This document shows positions 1 to 10,237 of a stretch of 64,000 nucleotides of DNA, in pieces. How positions within the stretch are numbered: the stretch's first letter is position 1; each line of letters opens with the position of its first letter. Under the pieces are notes generated by a model that saw only the letters and a program-made list of their open reading frames with translations, was not told where the DNA came from and did not search any database. Both the position numbers and the translations under genes were made by a program. The DNA comes from Candidatus Scatavimonas merdigallinarum. GTDB taxonomy: Bacteria > Bacillota > Clostridia > Oscillospirales > Acutalibacteraceae. The stretch covers positions 5,802 through 69,801 of the forward strand of contig DVFW01000042.1 of assembly GCA_018713055.1 (NCBI GenBank), in the 5' to 3' direction.

Positions 1-205
1 GTGTGGCTTTACGTATGAGCTTTTTGAGCGGATGGACAATGTCTTCGTCCGGTATTTCCCTGTTTGCGGTAGCCACACGGCCGCATTCAACACCACGGGC
101 CGTTTCTACTATGACTGCGTCCCCTTCTTGAAGGGTTGTATTGTCGGGGTCAAAGTAATATACTTTTCCAACGTCTTTAAAGCGTACACCAATTACTTCT
201 GCCAT
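1..205 (-). CDS. yaaT: PSP1-domain protein YaaT/RicT, N-terminal 68 codons (gene runs off the left edge)
   Basis: Hand translation of the minus strand from the ATG at 205 gives MAEVIGVRFKDVGKVYYFDPDNTTLQEGDAVIVETARGVECGRV..., a typical YaaT N-terminus. AGGAGGA lies just upstream. holB-yaaT synteny is conserved in Firmicutes. Confidence 0.75.
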   Translation of the reverse strand, partial: MAEVIGVRFKDVGKVYYFDPDNTTLQEGDAVIVETARGVECGRVATANREIPDEDIVHPLKKLIRKAT

Positions 206-241
206 TTTATCCTCCTGTATTATATCGGCTTTTTCTTTATT

Positions 242-1123
242 TTAACGATTTTTTTCTTGCCTGAACGCCGCGCACAGCCAGGTGCAGAAAAGTGCCATAT
301 TGACATTGCGTATAAGTTTTGCCTGCGCGGTGCTTATGACGTTTAGAAGATTTAAAAGTCCCTGTTTTCTGATATGCGCACAGAGCGCTGCTTCCTGCGG
401 AGCGGCCTGCGTATTGCCGGTTACGGAGCAAACCAACGCGCCGCGGAGCAAAAGAGTGAGCTGTGCCAGCACGTCTGCGGCAAATGCTTTGTCTGAAAGC
501 GCACCTGTCAACTCCAGAAGGCGCATTTCGCCGCCGGTGTAAAGCGCCTGACAAATTTGCAGTGCAAGCGCGTATGCCTTCTGTTCAGCGGGGATGTCCT
601 GTATTTGCCCGGAAGATGTGGAAGACAGGTGAAAAACAGTCGCTCTGGAGCGGATTGTGGGCAAAAGGTTTTCCGCGTTTTCGCACGTCAGAATGAAAAG
701 GATATTCTGCGGCGGTTCCTCCAATACTTTTAAAAAGGCGTTTTGCGCGCCTTGCTGCATATTATCTGTATCAAACAGCAGATATACCTTGACCGGGGCT
801 TCGTTGGGGACAATATAAGCATCCATACAGATTTTGCGAATCTCGTCCACCGGAATGGCCCGTGTTTTCCCTGCGGTTTGCGCTGTGTAAATATCGGGAT
901 GGCTGTTTTTTACAGCTTTTATACATGCGTTGCATACACCGCATGGTTTTTCTTTGCCGGTGCACACTGCCCATCTGGAAAGATACAACGCGGTATCCAG
1001 AGCGGCCTGCTTGTCGCGGCATTCCAAAACAACCGCGTGCGGCAGACAGCTATGTTCCAAAAGCGCCAGAAGTTCCTCTGGAAGGGAAAACGTTTCCGAA
1101 CTTGCAGCGGGCATTGCGCGCAC
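242..1123 (-). CDS. holB: DNA polymerase III delta' subunit
   Basis: 293-aa ORF. It has an AAA+ clamp-loader-like N-terminus and the zinc module CGVCNACIKAVKNSHPDIY. It lies directly upstream of yaaT. Confidence 0.85.
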   Translation of the reverse strand: MRAMPAASSETFSLPEELLALLEHSCLPHAVVLECRDKQAALDTALYLSRWAVCTGKEKPCGVCNACIKAVKNSHPDIYTAQTAGKTRAIPVDEIRKICMDAYIVPNEAPVKVYLLFDTDNMQQGAQNAFLKVLEEPPQNILFILTCENAENLLPTIRSRATVFHLSSTSSGQIQDIPAEQKAYALALQICQALYTGGEMRLLELTGALSDKAFAADVLAQLTLLLRGALVCSVTGNTQAAPQEAALCAHIRKQGLLNLLNVISTAQAKLIRNVNMALFCTWLCAAFRQEKNR

Positions 1124-1299
1124 CCCCTTTTATGATACTATCCAGTTTATTTATACTACCATTTTTTCGCCTAAAAAGCAAATCAAAGGACATATAGAAA
1201 AATGGTAAAAAATACAACAATACAAAGGTGAATTTTGTTTTAATTATTGGATATTTTAGACAAAAGTTTTTCCTGATATAATATTTTTACACAAATTTA

Positions 1300-1328
1300 A
1301 TGACTTTAAAAAATTTCTGTGTTATAAT
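1300..1328 (+). promoter_or_regulatory. Candidate sigma-A promoter of the phoH-ybeY-dgkA-era operon
   Basis: ATGACT (1300-1305), a 17-nt spacer, then TATAAT (1323-1328) preceded by TGT (extended -10). It sits in an AT-rich gap 70 nt upstream of phoH. Confidence 0.35.
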
Positions 1329-1396
1329 TACAGATAATTTGAGTATAGTAGGGTTATATTGTGTATTTCCCATAATTTATTTTTCTGTAAGACCAC

Positions 1397-2380
1397 TTGG
1401 ATGAAGGTGAAGATGCACTGGAGCAAATTGTAAATGTAGACAGAATGGAGCATGCCGTAGCGTTATTTGGCAGCTTTGATGAAAACATTAAGCTGATAGA
1501 AAACGAATATGCAGTTGGTGTAATTGGCAGAGGCTCCGATTTGAAAATTACAGGCGAACCGGAGGCTGTTTCAAAGGCGGCGAAAGTGATTGAAAGTCTT
1601 TTAAAGCTTATTAACCGGGGCGAAAGTTTAAGCGAGCAAAACGTTCGTTATTGCATGTCGCTTGTCAATGACGGAAGCGAAGAGAAAATTGAACAGTTGG
1701 CGGGCGATTGCATTTGTATAACGTCGAAAGGCAAGCCTGTAAAACCCAAAACGCTTGGGCAAAAGCAATACTGTAACGCAATCCGAGACAATACAATTAC
1801 CATAGGTGTTGGACCTGCCGGCACGGGAAAAACCTATCTGGCGGTCGCTATGGCGGTAACAGCATTTCGTTCCAGGCAGATCAACCGGATTATTTTGACG
1901 CGTCCGGCTGTAGAGGCGGGAGAAAAGCTGGGATTTTTGCCAGGAGATTTGCAGAGCAAGGTAGACCCCTATCTGCGCCCGCTGTATGACGCGCTGTTTG
2001 ACATGCTTGGCGCCGAAACCTATCAGAAATATGTGGAACGGGGCAATATTGAGGTTGCACCGCTTGCCTATATGCGCGGCCGCACGCTGGACGACAGCTT
2101 TATTATTCTGGATGAGGCGCAGAATACAACCAGCGAGCAAATGAAAATGTTTTTGACAAGGCTTGGGTTTAACTCAAAAATGGTGATCACCGGCGATATT
2201 ACACAAATTGATCTGCCGCCGGGATGCCGGTCTGGATTAAAGGAATGTGTCAGGGTTTTAAAGAATATTAAAGATATCTGCCATGTGACCTTTAACGAGA
2301 AGGACGTTGTCAGACACAAGCTTGTACAAGATATAATAAGAGCCTATGAAAAAAATGAGGAGGTCAGACATAACAGATAA
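1397..2380 (+). CDS. phoH: PhoH-like ATPase (PhoH/YbeZ)
   Basis: 327 aa with Walker A GPAGTGKTYLAVAMAV and FIILDEAQN. phoH-ybeY-dgkA-era synteny is present. The TTG start at 1397 is uncertain. Confidence 0.9.
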   Translation: MDEGEDALEQIVNVDRMEHAVALFGSFDENIKLIENEYAVGVIGRGSDLKITGEPEAVSKAAKVIESLLKLINRGESLSEQNVRYCMSLVNDGSEEKIEQLAGDCICITSKGKPVKPKTLGQKQYCNAIRDNTITIGVGPAGTGKTYLAVAMAVTAFRSRQINRIILTRPAVEAGEKLGFLPGDLQSKVDPYLRPLYDALFDMLGAETYQKYVERGNIEVAPLAYMRGRTLDDSFIILDEAQNTTSEQMKMFLTRLGFNSKMVITGDITQIDLPPGCRSGLKECVRVLKNIKDICHVTFNEKDVVRHKLVQDIIRAYEKNEEVRHNR

Positions 2381-2877
2381 TGGATAAGATAAGAGTAATT
2401 ATTACAAACAAGCAGAAAGAAGTAAAAATTCCTACAGGACTGCGCATGCTGGTGCGCCGTTGCTGCAATGCGGTTTTACGTTTGGAAGAATTTAAGGGTC
2501 CGGCAGAAATTAGTGTGACCTTTGTAGATAATGCGCAGATTAAGGAGTATAATAAGCAGTACCGCGACAAGGATATGGTTACGGACGTTCTTTCCTTTGG
2601 AATGGGGGAAAACGGCGTTTACGACACAGACCCTGAAACGGGTGCGCAGATTTTGGGAGACGTAGTGATTTCCATGGAAAAAGCGCAGGAGCAGGCAAGA
2701 CGCTTTGACCACAGCCTGCAGCGGGAGGTTGGGTACCTTACGGCGCATTCTGTGCTGCACCTTCTTGGTTATGACCATGAAGACAACCTGGAACGGGTAC
2801 GTATGCGCGAAAAGGAAGAGTTTATTATGGATCAGTTGGGGCTCCCGGCGTCCTCCAGCTATGTAATCAATGAATAA
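2380..2877 (+). CDS. ybeY: rRNA maturation endoribonuclease YbeY
   Basis: 165 aa with the metal-binding motif HSVLHLLGYDHED. The start overlaps the phoH stop. Confidence 0.9.
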   Translation: MDKIRVIITNKQKEVKIPTGLRMLVRRCCNAVLRLEEFKGPAEISVTFVDNAQIKEYNKQYRDKDMVTDVLSFGMGENGVYDTDPETGAQILGDVVISMEKAQEQARRFDHSLQREVGYLTAHSVLHLLGYDHEDNLERVRMREKEEFIMDQLGLPASSSYVINE

Positions 2878-3374
2878 TGCGTTTTTTTCGTGCTTTTAAA
2901 TATGCTGTAAGCGGTATTGCGCACTGCATAAAAACAGAGCGGAATATACGGATACATATTGTGGTAACGGCCTATGTGCTGGTATTTGCAGCGTTTTTTG
3001 AATTGCCTGCGTTGCATTGGGCTTTACTTCTTCTGACGATTGCGGCGGTGTTGGCAGCGGAGCTTTTGAACACGGCGGTTGAACGCGTTTGCGATTACTG
3101 CGCAAAACAGCGCCATCCTTTGATTAAGGCGGCGAAAGATATGGCCGCCGGCGCGGTTCTTGTTTTGTCGGTTATTGCTGTGGCCGTGGGCGTATGCCTG
3201 TTCTGGCAGCCGCAAAAGCTTTGGGAGATGGTTACTTTTTTATGTTCCGATCCCGCGCTGTTTACCATATTTATTTTAACGGTTGTCCTAAGCCTTCTGT
3301 TTGTGATAATTGGTCCGTCTGGTATGGCGGAAAATGCAAAATGGTTATGCAGCAGAAAAAAGGATAAGGATTAG
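2877..3374 (+). CDS. dgkA: Diacylglycerol/undecaprenol kinase family membrane protein
   Basis: 165 aa, multi-pass hydrophobic, with an ELLNTAVE motif. It holds the conserved position after ybeY. Confidence 0.8.
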   Translation: MRFFRAFKYAVSGIAHCIKTERNIRIHIVVTAYVLVFAAFFELPALHWALLLLTIAAVLAAELLNTAVERVCDYCAKQRHPLIKAAKDMAAGAVLVLSVIAVAVGVCLFWQPQKLWEMVTFLCSDPALFTIFILTVVLSLLFVIIGPSGMAENAKWLCSRKKDKD

Positions 3375-3451
3375 ATTTTGATGATACGAACAGCAGCGGA
3401 GAGTTGTCGGCTCTCCGCTTTTTACATAAAGCGTAAACATGGAGGGATATT

Positions 3452-4387
3452 TTGACTAGTACAGGTTATCATGCGGAAAACGGGCAGGAAAAAACAGCCT
3501 TTATTGCAATTGTGGGCAGGCCCAATGTGGGAAAGTCTTCTATACTGAATCAATTGCTGGGGCAAAAGGTGGCAATTGTTTCCAGCAAGCCGCAAACAAC
3601 GCGCACCAGGATTATGGGAGTTTTGACAAAGGCGGATATTCAGCTTGTTTTTATTGACACGCCCGGTATGCATAAGCCCAAAACGCAGCTTGGCGATTAT
3701 ATGGTGCGCGCCGTCAGAGAATCTGTGTCCGGTGTGGACGCCTGCCTGCTTGTTGCGCAGGCGGGGAAAGCCCCGGCGGATATGGAACTTTTGCTGGTTG
3801 AAAAATTTAAGGCGCTTGGTATACCGGCGGTGCTGGCCTTAAATAAAATTGATCTTGTTAAAAACAAAGAGGATCTGATGCAGAATATTGCAGATTACAG
3901 TAAGCTGTTTGATTTTTCTGCGGTTGTACCGGTTTCCGCACTGCATGCAAACGGTATGCAGGCGCTGGAGAACGAGCTGAAAAAACAGGCACGGCAGGGC
4001 CGGCACCTGTTTGAAGGGGATACTTTAACCGACCAGCCTGAGCGGGTGCTTGCGGCAGAAATGATTCGTGAAAAGATTTTGCGGCAGTTGAATCACGAAA
4101 TTCCGCACGGGACGGCGGTTATTGTGGAAAAAATGCAGGCAAGGGAAGAAAGCGGCATAATGGATATGGACGCGGTTATTTACTGCGAGAGGGAAAGCCA
4201 TAAAGGAATTATTATTGGAAAAAACGGGGCAATGCTCAAAAGAATCGGTTCCTATGCGCGACAGGATATGGAGGCGTTTTTTGCCTGCAAAATAAACCTT
4301 TCGCTTTGGGTAAAGGTTAAAGAGGACTGGCGCAACAGGCGGGGGATTTTGCGGTCGCTAGGTTATGACAGCGATTATTTTCGTTAA
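3452..4387 (+). CDS. era: GTPase Era
   Basis: 311 aa with G1 GRPNVGKSS, a DTPG motif, NKID and a C-terminal KH domain. TTG start preceded by GGAGGG. Confidence 0.9.
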   Translation: MTSTGYHAENGQEKTAFIAIVGRPNVGKSSILNQLLGQKVAIVSSKPQTTRTRIMGVLTKADIQLVFIDTPGMHKPKTQLGDYMVRAVRESVSGVDACLLVAQAGKAPADMELLLVEKFKALGIPAVLALNKIDLVKNKEDLMQNIADYSKLFDFSAVVPVSALHANGMQALENELKKQARQGRHLFEGDTLTDQPERVLAAEMIREKILRQLNHEIPHGTAVIVEKMQAREESGIMDMDAVIYCERESHKGIIIGKNGAMLKRIGSYARQDMEAFFACKINLSLWVKVKEDWRNRRGILRSLGYDSDYFR

Positions 4388-4518
4388 TATAAAAACGGGA
4401 AAATTTAACTTTCATTTCTTCTACAATTTACACGCTATATCATCAAGCCGGGTGCGTATACTGTTAATAGGGATGCAAAAAACCATTCCCGCTATTTAAC
4501 GTTAAGGGTGTGTAAGGT

Positions 4519-4695
4519 ATGGATGAAACGGATGCATGGACGGCCTTTTTGAAATCGGGCAGCGTTCTGGACTATTTAACGTATACAAGCATAAAAAACG
4601 GTAAGGATTTTGCAGACAACACGCAGGAGGCGGAGCATGAAAATCAGCACGGACGGCCTGATTATAAAGGAACAGAATATAGGGGAGCAAAATAG
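4519..4695 (+). CDS. YqzL-like micro-protein (58 aa), below the ORF-track cutoff
   Basis: Hand translation gives MDETDAWTAFLKSGSVLDYLTYTSIKNGKDFADN.... B. subtilis yqzL occupies the same era-recO interval. The 3' end overlaps the recO start by about 59 nt. Confidence 0.45.
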   Translation: MDETDAWTAFLKSGSVLDYLTYTSIKNGKDFADNTQEAEHENQHGRPDYKGTEYRGAK

Positions 4696-5383
4696 ACTTG
4701 TGACAGCGCTTACAAAGAGTCATGGCATTATACGGGCGTTTGTCAGGAATGCCCGCAGCATAAAAAGCCCCAAAGGTTCTGCAACACGGCTGTTGTGCTA
4801 TTCCCGGCTTACTATTTTTATTGGCCGGGATACATATACAATTGACGAGGCGCAATCGCAGGAAATGTTTGTAAGCCTGCGCACGGATATTGTAAAAATG
4901 TCTTTGGCGCAGTATTTTTGCGAACTTGCGTTGGCTTTTGCACCGGAAAATCTTCCGGCAGAGGAGTATTTGCGCCTGTTTTTAAACGGGTTGTACGTAT
5001 TGTCCAGAGAAAAACGCTCCAGAGGGCTGGTAAAGGCGGCCGTGGAGCTGCGGCTTTTGTCCATTGCAGGTTACATGCCAGACCTTATGTGCTGCAACGG
5101 CTGCCAATGTTATGCGCATGAGAACATGTTTTTTTTACCGCAAAGCGGTATATTGCTGTGTGGAGATTGTATACAGGGAAGAGAAAAATACGGTATATTG
5201 CTTGGCATGGGTGTGACAACGGCAATGCGGCATTGTATTTACGCGCCGTTTGAAAAGCTTTTTGGCTTTACCCTGCCGGAGCCATCCGTTGCGCTTTTGG
5301 AGCAGGCAAGCGAGGCGTATGTGCTGCATGTGAGCGAGCGTGTCTTTAAAACGCTTGATTTTTATAAAACGATTCAAAATTGA
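4637..5383 (+). CDS. recO: DNA repair protein RecO
   Basis: Internal ATG at 4637 preceded by AGGAGG (4625-4630). OB-fold-like N-terminus and a C-terminal Cys cluster (CCNGC...CGDC). Conserved position after era. Confidence 0.85.
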   Translation: MKISTDGLIIKEQNIGEQNRLVTALTKSHGIIRAFVRNARSIKSPKGSATRLLCYSRLTIFIGRDTYTIDEAQSQEMFVSLRTDIVKMSLAQYFCELALAFAPENLPAEEYLRLFLNGLYVLSREKRSRGLVKAAVELRLLSIAGYMPDLMCCNGCQCYAHENMFFLPQSGILLCGDCIQGREKYGILLGMGVTTAMRHCIYAPFEKLFGFTLPEPSVALLEQASEAYVLHVSERVFKTLDFYKTIQN

Positions 5384-5404
5384 CGACAAGTTGGAGATAC
5401 ATAT

Positions 5405-7762
5405 ATGAACAAACATGAAAAGGCTTTGGAGCTTGATAAAATACTGGACAGGTTATCACAGGAAACAACCTGCCCTGACGCACGCGATCTGGCGTTGCGT
5501 TTGGAGCCTGTGCATAACGCCGCGCAGGCGCGGCGTTTGCTGGAGGAAACGGCGGATGCGCATATGCTTGCAGGACGTTTTGGGGCGCCGTCATTTTACG
5601 GTATGGAAAATGTCACAAATGCGTTGAAAAGAGGGCAAGCGGGCGGTATTTTGACAATGAAGGAACTGCTTTTGATAGCACAGTGCCTTCGTGTAATTCG
5701 TTCAGTTGCCCAGTGGAGACAAAAGTCGCAGGCAATAAAAACGGCGCTGGATCTTCGTTTTGAAGGGCTTATCCCCAATAAATATATGGAGGATAAAATT
5801 ACCGGTGCGATTTTATCGGAAGATGAAATGGCGGACCAGGCTTCGCACACGCTTGCGGAAATCCGAAAAAAAATAGCTGCAACGTCTGCAAAAGCAAGGG
5901 AAGCGCTTGAAAAAATGGTGCGCTCCGCTGCCTATCAGAAGTATTTGCAGGAAGCAATTATTACGATGCGCGACGGCAGATTTGTTGTGCCTGTCAAGGC
6001 GGAATGCAAGGGGAATATCAGCGGCCTGGTACACGATACTTCCGCCAGCGGCGCAACGCTTTTTATTGAGCCTATGAGCGTGGTAGAAGCCAATAATGAG
6101 ATAAAAGTACTCAAGGCAAAGGAAGAGCAGGAAATAGAACGGATTTTATTTGCGCTTTCCGCAGAAGTAGGTTCGTTTGCAGATGCGATTATTGGCAGCT
6201 ACGAAAACCTGGTGGAGCTAAATGTTATCTTTGCAAAAGCGCAGCTCGGCTATAAAATGAAAGCCAGTGTGCCTGTGCTTAACGAGGAGGGAATCATCCG
6301 TCTGCACAGCGCGCGCCATCCACTGATTGCTTCGGACCGGGTTGTGCCTACGGATATAGAGCTGGGCGACCGCTTTGATACGCTTGTGATTACAGGGCCA
6401 AACACAGGCGGAAAAACGGTGTCGCTGAAAACGCTGGGGCTTTTAACCCTGATGGCCATGTGCGGGCTTATGATCCCGGTGCGCGACAACAGCCAGATTT
6501 CTGTATTTCAAAATGTTTTAGTCGACATTGGCGACGAGCAGAGCATTGAGCAATCGCTTTCTACTTTTTCCGCACATATGACCAATATTACACAAATTTT
6601 AAAGCAGGCCGATGCAAACAGTTTGGTGTTAATTGATGAGCTTGGCGCGGGGACAGACCCTGTAGAGGGCGCGGCGCTGGCTATTGCCATATTGGAGCGT
6701 TTGCACGCGATAGGTGCGAAAACAGCCTCTACCACCCATTATGCAGAGCTTAAAGCATATGCACTGCAGACTAAACGTGTAGAGAACGGCTGCTGCGAAT
6801 TTGACGTTGCGACTTTGCGACCAACCTATAAGCTTTTAATTGGCGTGGCGGGCAAGTCGAATGCCTTTGCCATATCAGAACGCCTGGGACTGGAACAGGC
6901 GGTGGTGGAAAGGGCGCGCACGCTTGTTTCAAGGGAAAACAGAGCGTTTGAGGACGTTATGCAGACCTTGGAAAGCAAAAGACAGGAACTGGAAAAGCAC
7001 TTAAAACAGGCGCAGCAGGCCGTCTTACAGGCGCAGGCAGACAGACAGGCTGCAAAAAAAGAGCTGGACGGCGTAAAACAGCAGACCGAGAAGGAAATAA
7101 AAAGGGCAAAGGAAGAGGCGCAGCGCATCAGCACACAGACAAAAGCGCAAGCCTATGCGATTTTGGACCACCTGGAAGAAGTACAGAAAAAGAAGGAGAG
7201 TCTTTCAGCAGAAGACAGAACGCGTTTAAAGGCCAAAATAAAGTCTATGGAGGACAGTGCAGACCCCATAAAAGAAAAGGAAAACGATGGATATAAGCTG
7301 CCAAGAAAACTTAAACCAGGGGACAGCGTATTGATTTTTGATATTGACAAGGAGGGCGTGGTATTAAAGGAAGAGGATGCTGCCGGGCAGGTGCTTGTAC
7401 AGGCGGGAATTATTAAAACAAAGGTTCCGGTCGCTAACCTGCGGCTGCTGGATCAAAAACCAAAGCAACAGGTTGTGCGCTCTGTATCAAGAAACGTCAG
7501 GGGAAGGTCGGATATACGGCCTGTAACGGAAGTAGACCTGCGGGGAATGACCGCAATAGAAGCTGTTATGGAGCTGGACAGCGCAATTGACGCTGCCGTG
7601 CTTTCCGGTTTAGGGCGGCTTACGGTGATTCATGGCAAGGGAACAGGCGTTTTACGCCGTGAGGTGCATACGTTTTTAAAGGGACATAAGGCCGTTTGTT
7701 CGTTTCGTCTGGGCGTCTATGGAGAGGGTGAAACGGGTGTGACTATTGTGGAACTGAAATAA
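5405..7762 (+). CDS. mutS2: Endonuclease MutS2 (MutS domain plus C-terminal Smr domain)
   Basis: 785 aa with Walker A GPNTGGKTV and DELGAGTDP. It has a long coiled coil and a C-terminal Smr domain (LRGMTAIEAV...VIHGKGTGVLR). Confidence 0.9.
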   Translation: MNKHEKALELDKILDRLSQETTCPDARDLALRLEPVHNAAQARRLLEETADAHMLAGRFGAPSFYGMENVTNALKRGQAGGILTMKELLLIAQCLRVIRSVAQWRQKSQAIKTALDLRFEGLIPNKYMEDKITGAILSEDEMADQASHTLAEIRKKIAATSAKAREALEKMVRSAAYQKYLQEAIITMRDGRFVVPVKAECKGNISGLVHDTSASGATLFIEPMSVVEANNEIKVLKAKEEQEIERILFALSAEVGSFADAIIGSYENLVELNVIFAKAQLGYKMKASVPVLNEEGIIRLHSARHPLIASDRVVPTDIELGDRFDTLVITGPNTGGKTVSLKTLGLLTLMAMCGLMIPVRDNSQISVFQNVLVDIGDEQSIEQSLSTFSAHMTNITQILKQADANSLVLIDELGAGTDPVEGAALAIAILERLHAIGAKTASTTHYAELKAYALQTKRVENGCCEFDVATLRPTYKLLIGVAGKSNAFAISERLGLEQAVVERARTLVSRENRAFEDVMQTLESKRQELEKHLKQAQQAVLQAQADRQAAKKELDGVKQQTEKEIKRAKEEAQRISTQTKAQAYAILDHLEEVQKKKESLSAEDRTRLKAKIKSMEDSADPIKEKENDGYKLPRKLKPGDSVLIFDIDKEGVVLKEEDAAGQVLVQAGIIKTKVPVANLRLLDQKPKQQVVRSVSRNVRGRSDIRPVTEVDLRGMTAIEAVMELDSAIDAAVLSGLGRLTVIHGKGTGVLRREVHTFLKGHKAVCSFRLGVYGEGETGVTIVELK

Positions 7763-7773
7763 GGAGGAAAACT

Positions 7774-8541
7774 ATGCCGGAAAGGGATCAACGCAAGCGG
7801 CAACCGGCGTTTGCAGATCAATATGGAGATTCTTATGGGGAATTGCAAAATAGCGAGAAAAAACGCAGACATTTTGGAAGGAATATACTGATTACGCTAG
7901 GCGTTTTGATTGTTTTGCTGGCTGTTTCGTTCGTTGTAGTGGTTTGTTTGGCACTGCAGACGGAGGATCTGGAAAAATTTGATACGCCGCCGGATGACGG
8001 GCTGGTCTACACGTTGGCGCAGTCATTTATTTTTGGACAAAGGCAGGAAATTACGGATGAGCAGATCAACGCGTTTTTCGCCTGTCTTTTTGATCAGAAG
8101 CAGGAATCTGTGCCAGAGGGTTTGCAAATTTCGGCAGATGCGCTTGCTGTCTATTTTCACGATACGCAGCCAAGTGAAATTTATGTAAAACTGTTGTGTG
8201 GAAAGCAGGTGGTTGTACTTTCCGCGCTTGCAGATATATGGCTGGACACGGAGCAAAAGCAATTGATTGTGGACATAAAAGAAACCAGGATTGGCGCACT
8301 TGCGGTCGCGCCGGACTGGGTAATCCCGTTTTTGTTTGCGCATGAGGCGGTTACACCTGTTTCTGACCAAATTTCCTGCAGCGGCAATTTGGTATACGTG
8401 CCGTCTTACTGGACGGTGCAGGCGCTTTCAAACGAGGTGACATTTGAAGTGAAAGAATTTATTCCACAGCAGGCGCACGTGCAAATTCTTACTTCCAGCG
8501 CCGCAGATGTAATTGGGGGATTTTTTGAAGGGCTTTTTTAA
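7774..8541 (+). CDS. Hypothetical single-pass membrane protein
   Basis: 255-aa ORF with a basic N-terminus, one TM helix (ILITLGVLIVLLAVSFVVVVCLAL) and an extracytoplasmic domain. No family was recognised by eye. Confidence 0.55.
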   Translation: MPERDQRKRQPAFADQYGDSYGELQNSEKKRRHFGRNILITLGVLIVLLAVSFVVVVCLALQTEDLEKFDTPPDDGLVYTLAQSFIFGQRQEITDEQINAFFACLFDQKQESVPEGLQISADALAVYFHDTQPSEIYVKLLCGKQVVVLSALADIWLDTEQKQLIVDIKETRIGALAVAPDWVIPFLFAHEAVTPVSDQISCSGNLVYVPSYWTVQALSNEVTFEVKEFIPQQAHVQILTSSAADVIGGFFEGLF

Positions 8542-8638
8542 AAGCAGAAAGACTTGCATAAAAACGGATAAACGGCGGTTGTGCAGAAAAGCTTAAAAAC
8601 GTGAGCAGAAAAAGCGCTGTTAATATATCAGATGGAGA

Positions 8639-8665
8639 GCAGAGCGCATTAGCGCTCTGCTTTTT
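8639..8665 (+). terminator. Rho-independent terminator
   Basis: GCAGAGCGC-ATTA-GCGCTCTGC perfect 9-bp stem followed by TTTTT. Confidence 0.7.
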
Positions 8666-8730
8666 GCAAAAGCAAGCAGAATATGATACAATCAACGTCA
8701 GATATAATAAAAGAAGAAAAGGAGAGCGGC

Positions 8731-9243
8731 ATGCGCAAAAGGTATTTGGAAATAGGTAAAATTGTTGGAACACACGGGCTAAGGGGCGAAATGCGGGTGG
8801 AACCCTGGTGCGATACGCCGGCTTTCTTTTGCAGGTTTCAAACACTGTATTTGCAAGAGGGGGAAAAAAAGCTGTCTGTTTGTTCCCGCGTACATAAGCG
8901 GCTGGCCATTATGAAGGCGGAAGGCATAGACACGATAGAACAAGCAGACCTTATGCGGGGAAAAGTTTTGTATATGGACAGAAACGATGTTGCATTGGAA
9001 GAAGATGTGTACTTTATACAGGACATTATTGGGCTTCGAGTGCTTGATATTGACAGCAACAAAGAATATGGGATTATAACGGATGTATTTAAAACCGGAG
9101 CAAATGATGTGTACCAGGTAATGGACAGTGAAAAAAAAGAGTTCCTTTTGCCGGTAATTGATGAAATTATCAAAAAAACAGATATTGAAGACGGTGTTGT
9201 GCTGATAAAACCAATGAAAGGACTTTTTGAAGATGCGGATTGA
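8731..9243 (+). CDS. rimM: 16S rRNA processing protein RimM
   Basis: ATG at 8731 preceded by AAGGAGAG. N-terminus [25 protein letters not shown] is the typical RimM motif. It overlaps the trmD start. Confidence 0.85.
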   Translation: MRKRYLEIGKIVGTHGLRGEMRVEPWCDTPAFFCRFQTLYLQEGEKKLSVCSRVHKRLAIMKAEGIDTIEQADLMRGKVLYMDRNDVALEEDVYFIQDIIGLRVLDIDSNKEYGIITDVFKTGANDVYQVMDSEKKEFLLPVIDEIIKKTDIEDGVVLIKPMKGLFEDAD

Positions 9244-9973
9244 CCTGATTACGCTGTTCCCCGAAATGTGTGAGGCGGTTATGGCGGAAAGCATTATTGG
9301 ACGGGCAAGACAGCGGGGCGCACTTGAAATTGTGTGCCACCAGCTGCGAGATTTTGCCTTTAACAAACACAACCGCGTGGACGATGCACCATATGGCGGT
9401 GGGATGGGTATGCTGTTAATGGCGCAGCCTGTTGCGCTTTGCTTTGAGAATATTTGCGAAATTCTTGGAAAAAAGCCGCATTTTATCTATATGTCGCCGC
9501 AAGGAAAAGTTCTTACACAGCAAAGAATAAAGGAGCTGTCGCGGTATGATACTATCTGTATACTTTGCGGCCATTATGAGGGGGTCGATCAGCGTGTGAT
9601 CGATGCATATGTAGATGAACAGATATCCATAGGCGATTATGTTCTTACCGGCGGCGAACTTCCGGCGCTGATTCTTGCAGACGCTGTAAGCCGAATGGTC
9701 CCCGGCGTTTTATCAGACGATCTTTGCTTTGAAGAGGAAAGCCATTTTGGCGGGTTGTTGGAATATCCACAATATACGCGCCCGGCGGTTTGGCGTGAAC
9801 GGGAAACGCCGCAGGTGCTGCTTTCCGGTCATCATGCAAATATTGAAAGATGGAGGAGGCAGCAGTCTTTGCTGCGTACCAGGCAACTTCGCCCCGATCT
9901 GCTTGCACAGGCGCAGCTGTCGTTGGAGGATAGGCATTTTTTAGATGAAACAGCGGGGGAAATTGACGAATAA
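9233..9973 (+). CDS. trmD: tRNA (guanine37-N1)-methyltransferase TrmD
   Basis: [12 protein letters not shown]... and YGGGMGM motifs, plus rimM-trmD coupling. Confidence 0.9.
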   Translation: MRIDLITLFPEMCEAVMAESIIGRARQRGALEIVCHQLRDFAFNKHNRVDDAPYGGGMGMLLMAQPVALCFENICEILGKKPHFIYMSPQGKVLTQQRIKELSRYDTICILCGHYEGVDQRVIDAYVDEQISIGDYVLTGGELPALILADAVSRMVPGVLSDDLCFEEESHFGGLLEYPQYTRPAVWRERETPQVLLSGHHANIERWRRQQSLLRTRQLRPDLLAQAQLSLEDRHFLDETAGEIDE

Positions 9974-10101
9974 ATTTTTTATAGAAATAAATACTGTATG
10001 TCTGAAACAAAAATCGCAATACTTTTTGGCAAAGTTGTACAAGAAAGCGCGGAGGTGTTCGTCGGCAAATCGTTCATCAATCCGAAAATAGAAAAATAAT
10101 G

Positions 10102-10129
10102 TTGACGGTGGTTTTCTTTGTGCTATAAT
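10102..10129 (+). promoter_or_regulatory. Candidate sigma-A promoter of ptsH
   Basis: TTGACG (10102-10107), a 16-nt spacer, then TGcTATAAT (-10 hexamer at 10124-10129). Confidence 0.5.
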
Positions 10130-10237
10130 ACTAATTATTCATAAGAGGAAGTTTTTGTTTGGGAAACGCTTTTGGCATTACATGCAAATAGGTTTATAGT
10201 TTAAATGAAATTTATGTATGTAGGAGAGGGTTCAATT

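Noticed and set aside
9998-10099. 33-codon ORF in the position where rplS would normally follow trmD
   Set aside because: It has no Shine-Dalgarno sequence and no resemblance to L19, and is probably non-coding.
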